Assembly: GCF_004010195.1 (NCBI RefSeq)
Contig: NC_057751.1
Coordinates: 10,410,589-10,474,588, forward strand
Reading direction: 5' to 3'
From: Chiloscyllium plagiosum
Lineage: Eukaryota
DNA: 64,000 bases
The translations under genes and the position numbers were made by a program. The notes under the pieces are model-generated. The model worked only from the letters and a program-made list of their open reading frames with translations, did not search any database and was not told the origin of the DNA. Of the stretch, positions 52,149-62,924 are shown in pieces; the first letter of the stretch is position 1, and each line of letters starts with the position of its first letter.

Positions 52149-52265
52149 TCACAATTGTACAGGGTGAAGTAACAAAGCTGAGTTCTTTGTGTTGTTCTGC
52201 CTGTCAATCAGGATCAGTGAATTCCCTTGATAGTAATCAATCATTTCTCCAATACTGTTAAACCA
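52149..52265 (-). CDS. B-cell linker-like adaptor (BLNK/SH2D6, SLP-76 family), terminal coding exon, end of SH2 domain
   Basis: Acceptor tttctgctttag, then WFNSIGEMIDYYQGNSLILIDRQNNTKNSALLLHPVQL* (117 nt, phase 0). Aligns with the BLNK C-terminus as recalled (YFGSVAEII...LVLIDSQNNTKDS). Confidence 0.93.
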   Translation of the reverse strand, partial: WFNSIGEMIDYYQGNSLILIDRQNNTKNSALLLHPVQL

Positions 52266-52763
52266 CTAAAGCAGAAACCAAAAAAGGAAACAACATCAGG
52301 AGGAGCCACAAAACACTTATAGATGTTAGTTTGTGATCTTATCTGACGGTAGAAGTGTAAATAGGAGCAAGAAAAGGCAGCATAATCCTTCAGTATCCTG
52401 ATATTTTTAGCTTATTTTATGCAAAGAACACATTTAAAAGTTTCTTTAATTCCTTTATGTTGTTCATTTCAATAAACTTCTCTATAAGTCACTTATGTTT
52501 GGGTGAAACATTCTGCCTGGCTTTTCTTCCATAAGTGTCTGTGTTTTCCTAAGTCTGGACTGGGAACATAGTGATCAGTACTGATCAGAATCGACAGTGG
52601 TTTCATGGTCATCAAAGGGTCTTAATTTCAGATTTTTACTGAGTTCAAATTCAACTGTATGTCCAGACTCAGGACATTACCTGGGTTTCTGGATTATCAA
52701 TAAAACCACAAAGCTATCACCTCCCCAGTAAACCTAAAATTTAACAACAAACATGATACTGAG

Positions 52764-52994
52764 CCTAAAAGAGAAAATGCTGGAAAATCTCAGCAGGTCT
52801 GGCAGCATCTGTAAGGAGAGAAAAGAGCTGACATTTCAAGTCTAACTGACCCTTTATCAAAGCTTTGATAAAGGGTCATTTAGACTCGAAACATCAGCTC
52901 TTTTCTCTCCTTACAGATGCTGCCAGACCTGCTGAGATTTTCCAGCATTTTCTCTTTTGGTTTCAGATTCCAGCATCCGCAGTAATTTGCATTT
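52764..52994. mobile_element. Palindromic mini-PLE in the last intron of the BLNK/SH2D6-like gene
   Basis: About 95-bp arms centred on AAAGCTTT (about 52862); 11-bp TSD ATGATACTGAG (52753-52763, 52995-53005). Confidence 0.9.
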
Positions 52995-53121
52995 ATGATA
53001 CTGAGTGTTCCCACCTTGCTAAAGTGAAATGCAAATAGTACTGAAAATGCTCCCAGTTCATGTGTCTGCATTCAATTTCTGTGGAGAGTGTGAAGGGACG
53101 TGGTGATAAGCTTGTACTCAC

Positions 53122-53277
53122 CTGCTCTCCTGCTTTCTCCTTTCCAAGGACGCATTGCTTCCCGTATTCATTGAGGCGAATGGGAATGTTGTAAACTTTT
53201 CTTCCGCATAACACTGCCAGAGTGTAAGGCTGGTTCTTGTCACATCCTGAACTAGGCCTCACGAGGAAAGCCCCATC
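53122..53277 (-). CDS. BLNK/SH2D6-like adaptor, SH2 core exon
   Basis: AG/GTGAGT-bounded 156-nt phase 0-0 exon: DGAFLVRPSSGCDKNQPYTLAVLCGRKVYNIPIRLNEYGKQCVLGKEKAGEQ. Contains the FLVR phosphotyrosine-binding motif and the QPYTL...VYNIPIR signature of the SLP-76 family. Confidence 0.96.
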
Positions 53278-53838
53278 CTAAAATTTAGGTAAGTCACTTT
53301 TAAAGATGTACATCTGTTTTGGTCAGTTGATTAGCACTGACTGAATTTCATTTCACTTGAGAAAGCTGGGTGAAAGACTCAGGCCACAGTGTTGGTCAGA
53401 ACGAAACCTGAGAGTGGGTAAAGATGAAGGCAAATCAAGAATGATGCCAAGTGGTTTTAAAAGCCAGCTGTTTATCAGAAGGAAAGAAAGGTTGACACCA
53501 TACAGTTTTAAGAGTTAATCAGTGAACTTAGAAAATGGTGTGATCCACTTCAGTGAAAGCAAATTTGGAGGAAGACTAAAGACCAAGACTCAGGCCGATA
53601 AGTAAGTCGAGAGACATAATCTATAAAATGCTGAAGTTAACAGGAGGAAGTCAGAAACAGGTCAATTATATTCAAAACAAACCATGTTGCTGATTTGGCC
53701 TGTGGTTACTTTGGAAGGAATGAAAAGATTTGCCCATTTTGTGGTATTGTTCAAATTTACAGACTGTGCACAGCCGTTGCAAACAGAAGTTTTTGAAGAA
53801 GAAAACTACAAACATGGTTAGGGTTATCTGGTGATCAC

Positions 53839-53922
53839 CTTGCCATTTTCATATAACGCAGCTTCTGCTGTCTTCCGATCACATTTGCTTGCAAACCAAG
53901 ATTTGCTTGATAAATTGGTTGT
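53839..53922 (-). CDS. BLNK/SH2D6-like adaptor, SH2 N-terminal exon
   Basis: Acceptor ttcttgttttcacag; 84-nt phase 0-0 exon TTNLSSKSWFASKCDRKTAEAALYENGK (compare BLNK WYAGACDRKSAEEAL); GT donor. Confidence 0.93.
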
Positions 53923-55474
53923 CTGTGAAAACAAGAAGCACAAGTATGAAATGTCCTGATTTATTGCATGGAACTTTCAACTTTGAAAGGTGTGTAAAAT
54001 CAGATTCCAACCTCCTGAAGTCAGGGTAAAATATACAATGGGTGATGGATCAATTAATGTTAAAGGTTAGGCTGAAAGTAGGGGAAAAACCAGACAAGTT
54101 AAAATCAAATTTAATCAGCAAGTGAGGTTGCACAAAGTTTAATACACACTTCAGCAGTATCTCCAGATGCTGGCGTGATTGGCCAAATTTTGCACATTGA
54201 GAAGCTGAGGTGAAGGGGTAACAATGCAAAGTACATTTGTCACCAGGATTGAAAAGCGGAGATGGAAGATAAAATAAGTTGACAATAAAGTGATGGCAAG
54301 ATTGTAGAATGGGAGAAAGTCAGCAAGTCATGTATTTCATCATTGAGAGGTACTGGAATAGACTTAATTTGAATCAGAGCTTTGCTAAGTTTTGGTGACA
54401 TGATGATGAGGTTGTACAAAGGGAGGAAGAATATGACAAGTGGTGCCTTCGAAGCTTGACAAGCACAAGAGAAGATAGCCCTTTGGAGCACTGATCAAAG
54501 TAGTAGCTGTGAAATTGACAAAGGTTGTGGAGTTTCATTGTCTTGGAGCATCATTGAATGATATTAACTGAAAAATTTCAGTTATTTCCATAACATTTTA
54601 CATTTGAAGGCATGGAAATCATACAAAGTGGTCACTCAAGAAGCAAGGCATTCTTTGGAAAGAAGCTGAACTCTATATTTTATACTTGAAGAGTACAAAT
54701 CAATTATCCCTGGTGAGGAAAAGGAGTTTGAGCTCCCTTTATGTACTTGAAGAATGTCCTAAATATTTCAAAATTCTTCACTTAAACAATCTTTATCGCT
54801 TTAAGAAACTTTGATTCAGAAAGAGTTAATAATGGAGATTCAGTTGTGAACTTAATGCTGGTCCTTTCTGTAGAATACTGCTTCAGTGCCTTTTGGACAG
54901 TGTCTCAGGAAGACATCCTTGAGGCAACAGAATGGATTGCAAAATTTAAAAGCAATGGATTTTATTGTCAAATGTCAGTTTTTTTATATTGGTTGGATAA
55001 ATTTATATCTCCAGCAGTAATATTTGTATCTCAGGAGTTAAATATAATAGAGCCACAGAGAAGACTTTGTAGAAATTACAGTGTGGCCTAGCCAGTCAGG
55101 AGTGGTGCTCTGCCTTCATCAAGGCAGGCATCTTAATGCCATGTGCTGATGCTGTTCCCTACTTTTAGGTGTACTTCCCCCAATTCTCTCATAGCTGTTC
55201 CTTCCTATCTCCAATAACCTTTTAAATATAAGTCTGTTTTAATGGCGAATCATATTCCTGGATTACTTGGAGATATCTTAGAACACAAATAAAACAACAT
55301 TTTTAACTTCTTCATGGCTTGTTGCACAATATTGTCCTCAAGAGGGCCTTATAATGTCGCCTTACATGTGACCGTAACCTGGATTTTGTAATGGAGGAGG
55401 AGCACCCACAGCTTACATAGCAAAAAGAAATAAGGAGCAACATAACTGAACAACACGTAACTGTGAACACCTAC

Positions 55475-55521
55475 CTCTGCAAACATATTCGGTGAAGATA
55501 TCATTCCAATGCTTGTTTTCC
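55475..55521 (-). CDS. BLNK/SH2D6-like adaptor, linker exon
   Basis: Acceptor tttcactgtcag, donor GTAGGT; 47 nt, phase 1-0, (G)KTSIGMISSPNMFAE; joins the SH2 exon in frame. Confidence 0.7.
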
Positions 55522-56401
55522 CTGACAGTGAAAGGAAAATAGATTGAAGGAAAACAGCATTCTCAGTTATTTAATCCACGGTAGCTTTGTGCTTTGGAAC
55601 ACCATCAATGACCCTGATATGACATGCTGTTTTTCTATGTCACCTGTTTCTGGAGTTATGACCTGACAGAAGAGTTATTTTTGTTCAGTGAATACAAACG
55701 AATATGAAAACGGTTAAAAAGGAGAGAAGGACCGAGCTTACTCTCAAAGCTGTGAGCAACTCTGCAATTGTTCTGCAGCCATGGTGGCCAAACCAACTTA
55801 TACTTAAGGAATAAAAAAACACAAGTTACTGAAAAAGCTCAACATGTCTGACAGCATCCATGGAGAGAAATCAAAGATAATGTTTTGGGTCCAGTGACCC
55901 TTCCACCGGACCCAAAACAGCTACCACAGTTTATTTTTTCAGGTTTTATACTTCAGGAAGACCAATTTGTTAATCTGTTTGATAAGTCTGGACCAATTTT
56001 GTGGATTTGCAATATTTTGACATTTTTTTCAAGAGCCGTCTTGATTCTTGACCAAGGGGGTTCATCAATCTGAGACTACATTGAACCACTGTGTGTGGTA
56101 TTTATTTAAGGAAGATGTCAATTTGTTGGAAGCACTTCAGAGAAGGTCTATCAAACTAACTCATGGAGTGGATCATTCGCCTCATGAGAAAAGATTGGGC
56201 AGGGTAGGTTTGTATTTGCTGTCGCATACAAGAGTATGAGGTGATTTGATTGAAGCATGTAAGATCCCAAACACTTATGAAAGGGTTGATACAGAGAGAA
56301 GATGCTTCCTGTTCAGGGAGAATTGAAAACTTGGAGTCACTGTTTAACCCTTGAGACAAGGTGAAAAATTCTTTCTCAAAAAGTCATGAAAAAGCAGTGA
56401 T

Positions 56402-56728
56402 TTAGATTACATTACAATGTGGAAACAGGCCCTTCGGCCCAACAAGTCCACACCGACCCGCCGAAGCGCAACCCACCCATACCCCTACATTTACCCCTTA
56501 CCTAACACTACGGGCAATTTAACATGGCCAATTCACCTGACCCTGCACATCTTTGGACTGTGGGAGGAAACCGGAGCACCCGGAGGAAACCCACGCAGAC
56601 ACGGGGAGAATGTGCAAACTCCACACAGTCAGTCGCCTGAGTCGGGAATTGAACCCAGGTCTCTGGCGCTGTGAGGCAACAGTGCTAACCACTGTGCCAC
56701 CGTGCCGCCCTCGTGCCACCGTGCCGCC
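56402..56728 (-). mobile_element. Young HE1 V-SINE inserted in an old CR1 (about 56070-56770)
   Basis: CpG-rich near-consensus head and V-domain; flanking CAGTGAT repeats at 56395-56401 and 56735-56741. Confidence 0.93.
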
Positions 56729-56905
56729 AGCTATCAGTGATAGCTGAGTTTGAATCATTTTTAAGGCTGTTAAACCTCTGCGGTAGCACTGGAAACCCAT
56801 CCCAATATTCTCAGAATCTTTGCAAAATTCAAGACTTTTTAAAATTGTATATATTATCTGGCTTTTAGAGGCAGGTTGAAAGAAAGCAGGGACCATGTTT
56901 CTTAC

Positions 56906-56947
56906 CTGAAGAAGAATAGCTTTTCATTGCAAATATATAGATTATAG
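56906..56947 (-). CDS. Possible 42-nt symmetric (cassette) exon of the BLNK/SH2D6-like gene
   Basis: Strong donor CAG|gtaaga and acceptor ttgtttatctgtag; phase 1-1 and open (IIYIFAMKSYSSS). Not needed to keep the frame, and the true acceptor is uncertain. Confidence 0.35.
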
Positions 56948-58169
56948 CTACAGATAAACAATTATTACCCATCAACTTAACTGGACAGGTTAACACTCTT
57001 CCTCTCTCGTCAACACCCCTCTGGGTGCATGTGCGCACACATATAGACACATGGAGGCAGGAAATAAAGACAGAGCTTTGATGGATGCAGGGAAAGATTG
57101 GGAAGGCAGTTCAGTGATCCCTATTTACTAAAACTGTCCTCTTGGATTGTCAGAGTGTACTGCTCTTTGATTCTCTTTCCTCAGATACTCAAGTTGCTGT
57201 CAGAAGGTATGAGACTCAGAGCAACTTATGAAGGGAAAGTATCCTAGCTTTCATCACGCATGAGTTGGCATTTACTGTAGAGTAAAGAGTCAACTCCTGC
57301 CCTTGTCAAGATTCCATCGCTTCTCCTTCAAAGATTCACACAGCCCCCAAACTGGTCAGTGACCTGGGTGCCAATCACACATTTGTTGGAAGGCAGAGGC
57401 GTTTGTTAAAGAGATCTGGTGTCCAGTCTACAGACCTATCAACTACTTATTGTTGTCAAAAGCTCCATTCATAGATATCCCTTGGCTCCAGCTCATCTAC
57501 ATATTTTCCCCTCATACTGCTGGAACATGAAGCAGTGTAAACAGCACTTATGATGCTGCAACCCTCCAACAATCCCTGTTTTTTTTTTAACCAGTTCTTT
57601 CCCATTTCAGTTCACAATAAAAAATAATGAAAATAATGTGTAGGGTCTTTACAAAACAGAGAAGGATCAATTCTTGGTTAGCAAGGGGTTAACGATTATC
57701 GGGGAGATGAGAATCAGGATTTGAGGTCAAAATCAGATTAGCTATAATCATGTTAAATGGTAGGGCAGGATTGAAGGACCAATTGGTCTAATTGTATTTC
57801 TATTTTTTGATAAACACTGTTTATATTCTCCAGTAATAGGGATCCCCTACGACAATCCATGACCTGGCCGAGATCAGTTAACTCAGAACATAACAAGGAT
57901 TGAACCTGGGACCAATCAGTTTACTTGGCTTAGTGCTGCAACAGGCAATAGCTTTACTGGTTGACGTTAGGTCAGCATGTCATTGTGACACGACTGAAAG
58001 AAATGGCACTCGACATCCGAACTGAACTAGAACTAACCAAGTGAGAAATAAAAATCCATCCAGATAATTCATTGCAAGTCTTGGTTCTCTATTCCCTCCT
58101 TTTCCTCCAAGTTCCACATGTTTCTGTGTATTCAACATTTCGCACTTTGTGCAAGTTAGTTGCACTCAC

Positions 58170-58204
58170 CAGTGGATTCTTCCTGCAGGTTTGGAGAGGG
58201 AACA
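58170..58204 (-). CDS. BLNK/SH2D6-like adaptor, small exon
   Basis: Acceptor ttgtttttatttgcag, donor GTGAGT; 35 nt, phase 2-1, VPSPNLQEEST; phases match both neighbours. Confidence 0.72.
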
Positions 58205-58342
58205 CTGCAAATAAAAACAAAGTGGAAAAAGGTTGATAGCATAAAGTCACTGGATTCCATTGAAAGAAAAGGAATGTAAGAGGCTGTCCCAACTTCATCA
58301 GTAAATGCAGTCATTCCAGCTCATGCATGCTACAAACCTGAT

Positions 58343-58917
58343 TCAGAGATGCTGGTGGTGGACTGGGGTGAACAAAGTTAAAAATCACATATCACCAGGT
58401 TATGGTCCAACAGGTTTATTTGGAATTGAATTGAATGAATTGAATTTATTATCACGTGTACCGAAGCACAGTGAAAAGCTTTGTGTTACGAGCAGTACAG
58501 GCAGATCACACAGTTAAGTAGCAGAGATAGCAAATAATAGGTATACAGCGGCAAAAACAAAAACACAGGTAAATTTTAAGAGTTTGTGAGTCCATTCAGT
58601 ATTCTAACAACAGTAGGGTAGAAACTGTTACATAACCAGCTGGTGTGTGTGTGTGTGTGTTCAGTGGCCTTTCCTTGACCGCGGGCCTGGTAGGTGGATT
58701 CTATAGATGGGAGGTTGGCCTTTGTGATTGTCTGGGCTGAGTTCAACACTCTCTAAATTAACAAATCACCCACCGTGGGGCTCAAACCCACGACCCTGGG
58801 ATTAAGAGTCCCATGCTCTACCAAATGAGCTAGCCAGGCTACTACTTCCAAGACTAGCTCGTGCTTCCAAATAAACCTGTTGGACTATAACCTGGTGTTA
58901 TGTGATTTTTAACTTTG
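58343..58917. mobile_element. Non-autonomous Penelope-type insertion with inverted termini, containing the tRNA-Lys copy and a nested LINE 3' end
   Basis: 12-bp TSD TACAAACCTGAT (58331-58342, 58918-58929). Inverted arms at about 58372-58425 and 58866-58919 belong to the same family as 132-772. Confidence 0.75.
58767..58839 (-). tRNA. tRNA-Lys(CTT)-derived copy, probably a pseudogene
   Basis: 73 nt GCCTGGCTAGCTCATTTGGTAGAGCATGGGACTCTTAATCCCAGGGTCGTGGGTTTGAGCCCCACGGTGGGTG. The anticodon arm is intact with CTT. About 6 differences from the canonical vertebrate tRNA-Lys-CTT, including T-loop TTCGA>TTTGA. Confidence 0.9.
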
Positions 58918-59305
58918 TACAAACCTGATGGTTTCCTCCCAGCAGATCCACAGTGATGCACATCATACTGAATCCCAGAGAAACAGGCTGCCTTGTCACA
59001 TCCAAACATTTGAACTGTCATCAAAGAGCCTTTTAAATTTTAAAACGAGCTATGGAAATCAGTTCAAACAAAAGATGATTGTTGCAAAGCATTTGCAGCA
59101 ATACAGAGGACAGTCTGCCGTTCAATCCTGGGCAAACATTTTTCTGAGCACATACGTTATACCAATGAACGAGACTGACTCTAATTGTTGGACTAAGTAT
59201 TTCATCTATCCTAATGCTATCCAACTGTTTTAAAACCAGAATTTTTTTCTAAACCAATGAAATTGAATTGGAATTATTTGAAAATTCAAAAAAACATTCA
59301 CCTAC

Positions 59306-59393
59306 CTCTGGGTGAATGGAGTTGGTATAAATATATTGAGTTGAGTTTGATTGACGGAAATTCTTCTGGCAGTTGCTGGTGGAATTGGCATTT
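59306..59393 (-). CDS. BLNK/SH2D6-like adaptor, proline-rich region exon
   Basis: Branch-like ctaat, acceptor gcctgttacag, donor GTAGGT; 88 nt, phase 1-2, MPIPPATARRISVNQTQLNIFIPTPFTQ. Confidence 0.75.
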
Positions 59394-59419
59394 CTGTAAC
59401 AGGCAATGCAATTAGATTC

Positions 59420-59568
59420 TTAACGAAACACAAGAACTGTGGATGCTAGAAATGAGACGTAAAAACAGAAATTGCTGGAAAAACTCAGCAGGTCTGACAG
59501 CATCTGTTGAGAGAAAGCAGACTTGATGTTTCAGGCCCAATGGCCCTTCTTCAGAACTTCAGACTCTT
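59420..59568 (-). mobile_element. Single-arm mini-PLE with hammerhead-like core
   Basis: 11-bp TSD CAATTAGATTC (59409-59419, 59569-59579); minus strand CTGAAGA-AGGGCC-ATTG-GGCCT-GAAA-C-ATC. Confidence 0.82.
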
Positions 59569-59656
59569 CAATTAGATTCATGATGGTCAAGAGAAGTGCT
59601 TTGTGTTTGAAGCTCAAACCTGAACTGCACTTATTTTGGAAAAAAAGTAAACTTAC

Positions 59657-59674
59657 CTTCTGCTGTTCTGAGTA
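59657..59674 (-). CDS. Candidate 18-nt micro-exon of the BLNK/SH2D6-like gene
   Basis: tacag|TACTCAGAACAGCAGAAG|gtaagt: perfect donor, phase 1-1, (V)LRTAE; fits the frame of the flanking exons. The pyrimidine tract is weak. Confidence 0.5.
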
Positions 59675-59783
59675 CTGTACTCAGAACATAGTAAATACCT
59701 ATGGTGCACAATCCCGAAATCCCGAATTTATTTACAATCGAGGCCAGCAAGAGATTTATGTGGCAGAGATTTATAACAAGGAA

Positions 59784-59805
59784 CCCCCCCCACCCCCCCC
59801 CCCCC
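59784..59805. repeat. Poly-C tract (poly-G on the transcribed strand)
   Basis: C8-A-C13 run. Confidence 0.9.
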
Positions 59806-60105
59806 AAGGTTTACACAGATTCTGCTTTTCCTAGGGTAGAACTCTGGCAATGAGGATTGTGCTTTTAGATTGACACAACACTGTGAAATTCCTGGACATC
59901 AGCAAGGGATGGGTTAATTTTCATCAGTTTGTTAATGATTTTCTGATTGTACCACACTGAGTTTTATTATTAGAAACTCCTCAACGAATGAATTTTGAGT
60001 TCTCATGTTCATTGTATCCATTTGTTTGAGATCATCTTAGTCTGCCCTGTGCATATTCAGCTGACAATAAAGCTGAAAACAAAAATCGAAAGAACTGCGG
60101 AAGTT

Positions 60106-60135
60106 CTGAGGAAGGGTCACTCGACCCGAAACATC
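60106..60135 (+). ncRNA. Hammerhead-like core in a second mini-PLE family
   Basis: CUGAGGA-A-GGGUC-ACUC-GACCC-GAAA-C-AUC; insertion at about 60081-60203 flanked by CTGAAAAC repeats. Confidence 0.55.
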
Positions 60136-60384
60136 AATTCTGAATTCTCTCTACAGGTGCAGCCAGACCTCCTGAGCTTTTCCAGCAATTTCTGTTTTTG
60201 AACCTGAAAACGAAGTTTTTTTTGTCATGACCAAGTTTAAAGAATAATCTAATAACTGCAGATGTTAGAAGTCGATCCTGTTGCAGCATATGCAAATTGC
60301 AATCTGCAATACAGGCAGAGATGCCAGTCTGTTGACGTTAAAGCCATGCTTAAATTAGTAAAGATTTGAAACACCAACACCTAC

Positions 60385-60415
60385 CTTCTGATGAGGGTAC
60401 AGTTTTGTGAGGAAG
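60385..60415 (-). CDS. BLNK/SH2D6-like adaptor, small exon
   Basis: Acceptor ttatttctttctcag, donor GTAGGT; 31 nt, phase 0-1, LPHKTVPSSE. Confidence 0.68.
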
Positions 60416-60697
60416 CTGAGAAAGAAATAATACCAATATATAATTCAGACAGCATAAGCTGCTTTTCACATGAATATGCATTTAGTCACAAGAAATCGAA
60501 ACTTGTCTATTTGGTTTGCAGTAAACGGATGGATGTCATATTAAATCTACACAGCCCTGTAACCAACACAAGAGATAACAACACTGCTTACTGTCACAGA
60601 TGATCAGCCCAGTCCAAGTCACATAGTTATTTGTTATTGCACACAGTCAGAAAGATCCCAGGATGTGTTGCTGATTTGTGATAATTTGGCAAGACTG

Positions 60698-61672
60698 CAT
60701 AGAACATAGAACATTACAGTGCAGTACAGGTCCTTTGGCCCTCAATGTTGTGCCAACCTGTGGAACCAATATGAAGCCCATCTAACCTACACTGTTCCAT
60801 TCTCATCCGCATGCCTATCCAATGACCATTCATATCCCTTAAAGTTGGCGAGTCTACTACTATTGCAGGTAGTACGTTCCACACCCCGAACACTCTCTGA
60901 GTAAAGAGAGTACCTCTAACATCTGTCCTATATCTATCACCCCTCAATTTAAAGTTGGATTCCCTCATGCTAGCCATCGCCATCTGAGGAAAAAGACTCT
61001 CACTGTCCAACCTATCTAACCCTTTAATTATCTTATATGTCTCAATTAAATCACGTCTCAACCTTTTTCTCTCCAATGAAAACAGCCTCACGTCCCTCAG
61101 CCTTTCTTCCACACCAGGCAACATCCTAGTAAATCTCCTCTGAATCCTTTCCAAAGCTTGCACATCCTTCATATAATGCGGTGACCAGAACTGTTTGCAA
61201 GACTCCAAATGTGGCCACACCAGAGTTTTATACAGCTGCAGCATGACCTCATGGATTCGAAACTCAATCCATCTACCAATAAAACCAAACACACCGTGTC
61301 CCTTCTTAACAACCCTATCAATCTGGGTGGCAACTTTCAAGGATCTATGTACCTGGACATCAAGATCTCTCGGCTCATCTAAACCACTAAGAATCATACC
61401 ATTAGCCCAGTATTCTGCATTTTTGTTACTCCTTCCAAAATGAATCACCTCACACTTTTTCACATTAAACTCCATTTGCTACCTCTCAGCCAAATTCTGC
61501 AGCTTATCTGTGTCTCTCTGTAACCTTCGTCACTATCCTTCGTCACTGTCCACAACTCTACCAACCTTTGTGTCATCTGCAAATTTACTAACCCATCCTT
61601 CTACAGCCTCATCCAGATAATTTATATAAATGAAAACAACAGTGGACCCAAAACAGATCCTTCTGGTACCCC
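60698..61672 (-). mobile_element. CR1 LINE, 5'-truncated
   Basis: The 253-aa ORF 60714-61475 is the CR1 RT C-terminus; ATAGAAC tail repeats. Confidence 0.94.
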
Positions 61673-61896
61673 CATTGCATCTACGTTGCTCAGTGTTATT
61701 TGGTATGGCCAAGGACTAACAGTCTTGGTTGCTGCTCCAAATCAATGTCCATGTGGAAAGTTCCTTCTGCGTGAGTGAGTGAACATGTGCATAATTTGGG
61801 CAGATAGTTGTGTACCAGTAGCTTGCTCATTCCCGCTGTTTTGGTTGACACATTCAGACTGACCATTGGACTGAAGTATTGGGGCCATTTTGGCAC

Positions 61897-61923
61897 CTTC
61901 AAAATCAGACCCCTGGAAAGTTG
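61897..61923 (-). CDS. BLNK/SH2D6-like adaptor, 27-nt exon
   Basis: Long pyrimidine tract ttttctcattctgtcaccag; QLSRGLILK; donor AAG|gtgcca; phase 0-0. Confidence 0.5.
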
Positions 61924-62639
61924 CTGGTGACAGAATGAGAAAATAAAAATATCAGGAACAATTCTGATGAAAAGAGGCTTCATGGAATGTGGACAGATAT
62001 AAAAAAAACTAGGTTAGAATTCTGAATTGAAGCCATACGTGATGCAAGTACACAAGAGACAACATTTTGTACATGGAGAGAAGTAATTTGGATACGTTGC
62101 TTGGATCAGCCTCTCATTAATTTTCCTGGAAATAAAAAACTTGTTCTTTCCTTTCTAATGTTTTGATCCAATTCATATTTCTCTATTTTGTTCTTGACAT
62201 TTTTAATTTGCCAAATGGTTTTTGCACCTCATCCAATCAGCAAAGTAATCCTCTTTCCAACACTTGGCCTGAATTCTGGAGGCAACTTGATGTCCATCCC
62301 ACTAAACTCTGAACATAACTCCAAGCTGGTCAGATAGTTGCAACTTACAGTTTAGGACAAGGATTGCCACATTTGACTGCTGCCACTAAATCTAACCTCA
62401 GTTTCAATTCAGTTGTAATTCAATGACAATACTCACTGGTTTCCCAAGTGGAACAGGAGGCTTTGTCCTGCAAGAAAAGACATGTTTGATTTTGAATGCA
62501 GTATTCAGGAGGAATGCAAACATTGAAAATCAGATCTGGCTAAGATTCAAAGCGAACATATCACAGTCTTGACAGAAAACCTTGGTTAACATTTCAGTAC
62601 ACTACTGGATTGATGAAGTGGTTCTTCGTATGATATGTT

Positions 62640-62885
62640 GAAAGAAGACCTATCTGCTCTCTGAGGTGAACATAAAAGATCCCAAAACATCGGTTATGTG
62701 TAGAACAATGGAGTCCTGGGCAATATTTTTGCCTCAAACAACATCATTGCTGTCTATGGAACCTTACTGTATGCAATTTAGCTGCCACATGTCTGACATG
62801 ACATCAGTAGCTACACTTAAAAAGTAGTTGGCTATAAAGCACTTTATGATATCATGACTTGTGAAAAGGATGACGTAAATATGTG
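62640..62885 (+). mobile_element. Deu-domain SINE (SacSINE1/AmnSINE1-like), old
   Basis: taaaagatccca...gtcctgggcaatattt...tacactt...aaagcacttt pattern, recalled from Deu-SINE consensus sequences. Confidence 0.6.
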
Positions 62886-62924
62886 CACTAATTTTGCTTT
62901 TTGACTGATGGACTTCACGTACAC

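Noticed and set aside
54200..55100. Possible decayed DNA-transposase or nested gene in the intron
   Set aside because: No sustained frame, terminal repeats or identifiable motif by eye.
58767..58839. Functional tRNA-Lys gene
   Set aside because: T-loop C56>T (B-box), D-loop G15>T and acceptor-stem changes, no clear oligo-T terminator, and it lies inside a mobile element.
60714..61475. 253-aa ORF as a host gene or active RT
   Set aside because: It is the C-terminal part of a 5'-truncated CR1; endonuclease and most RT motifs are missing.
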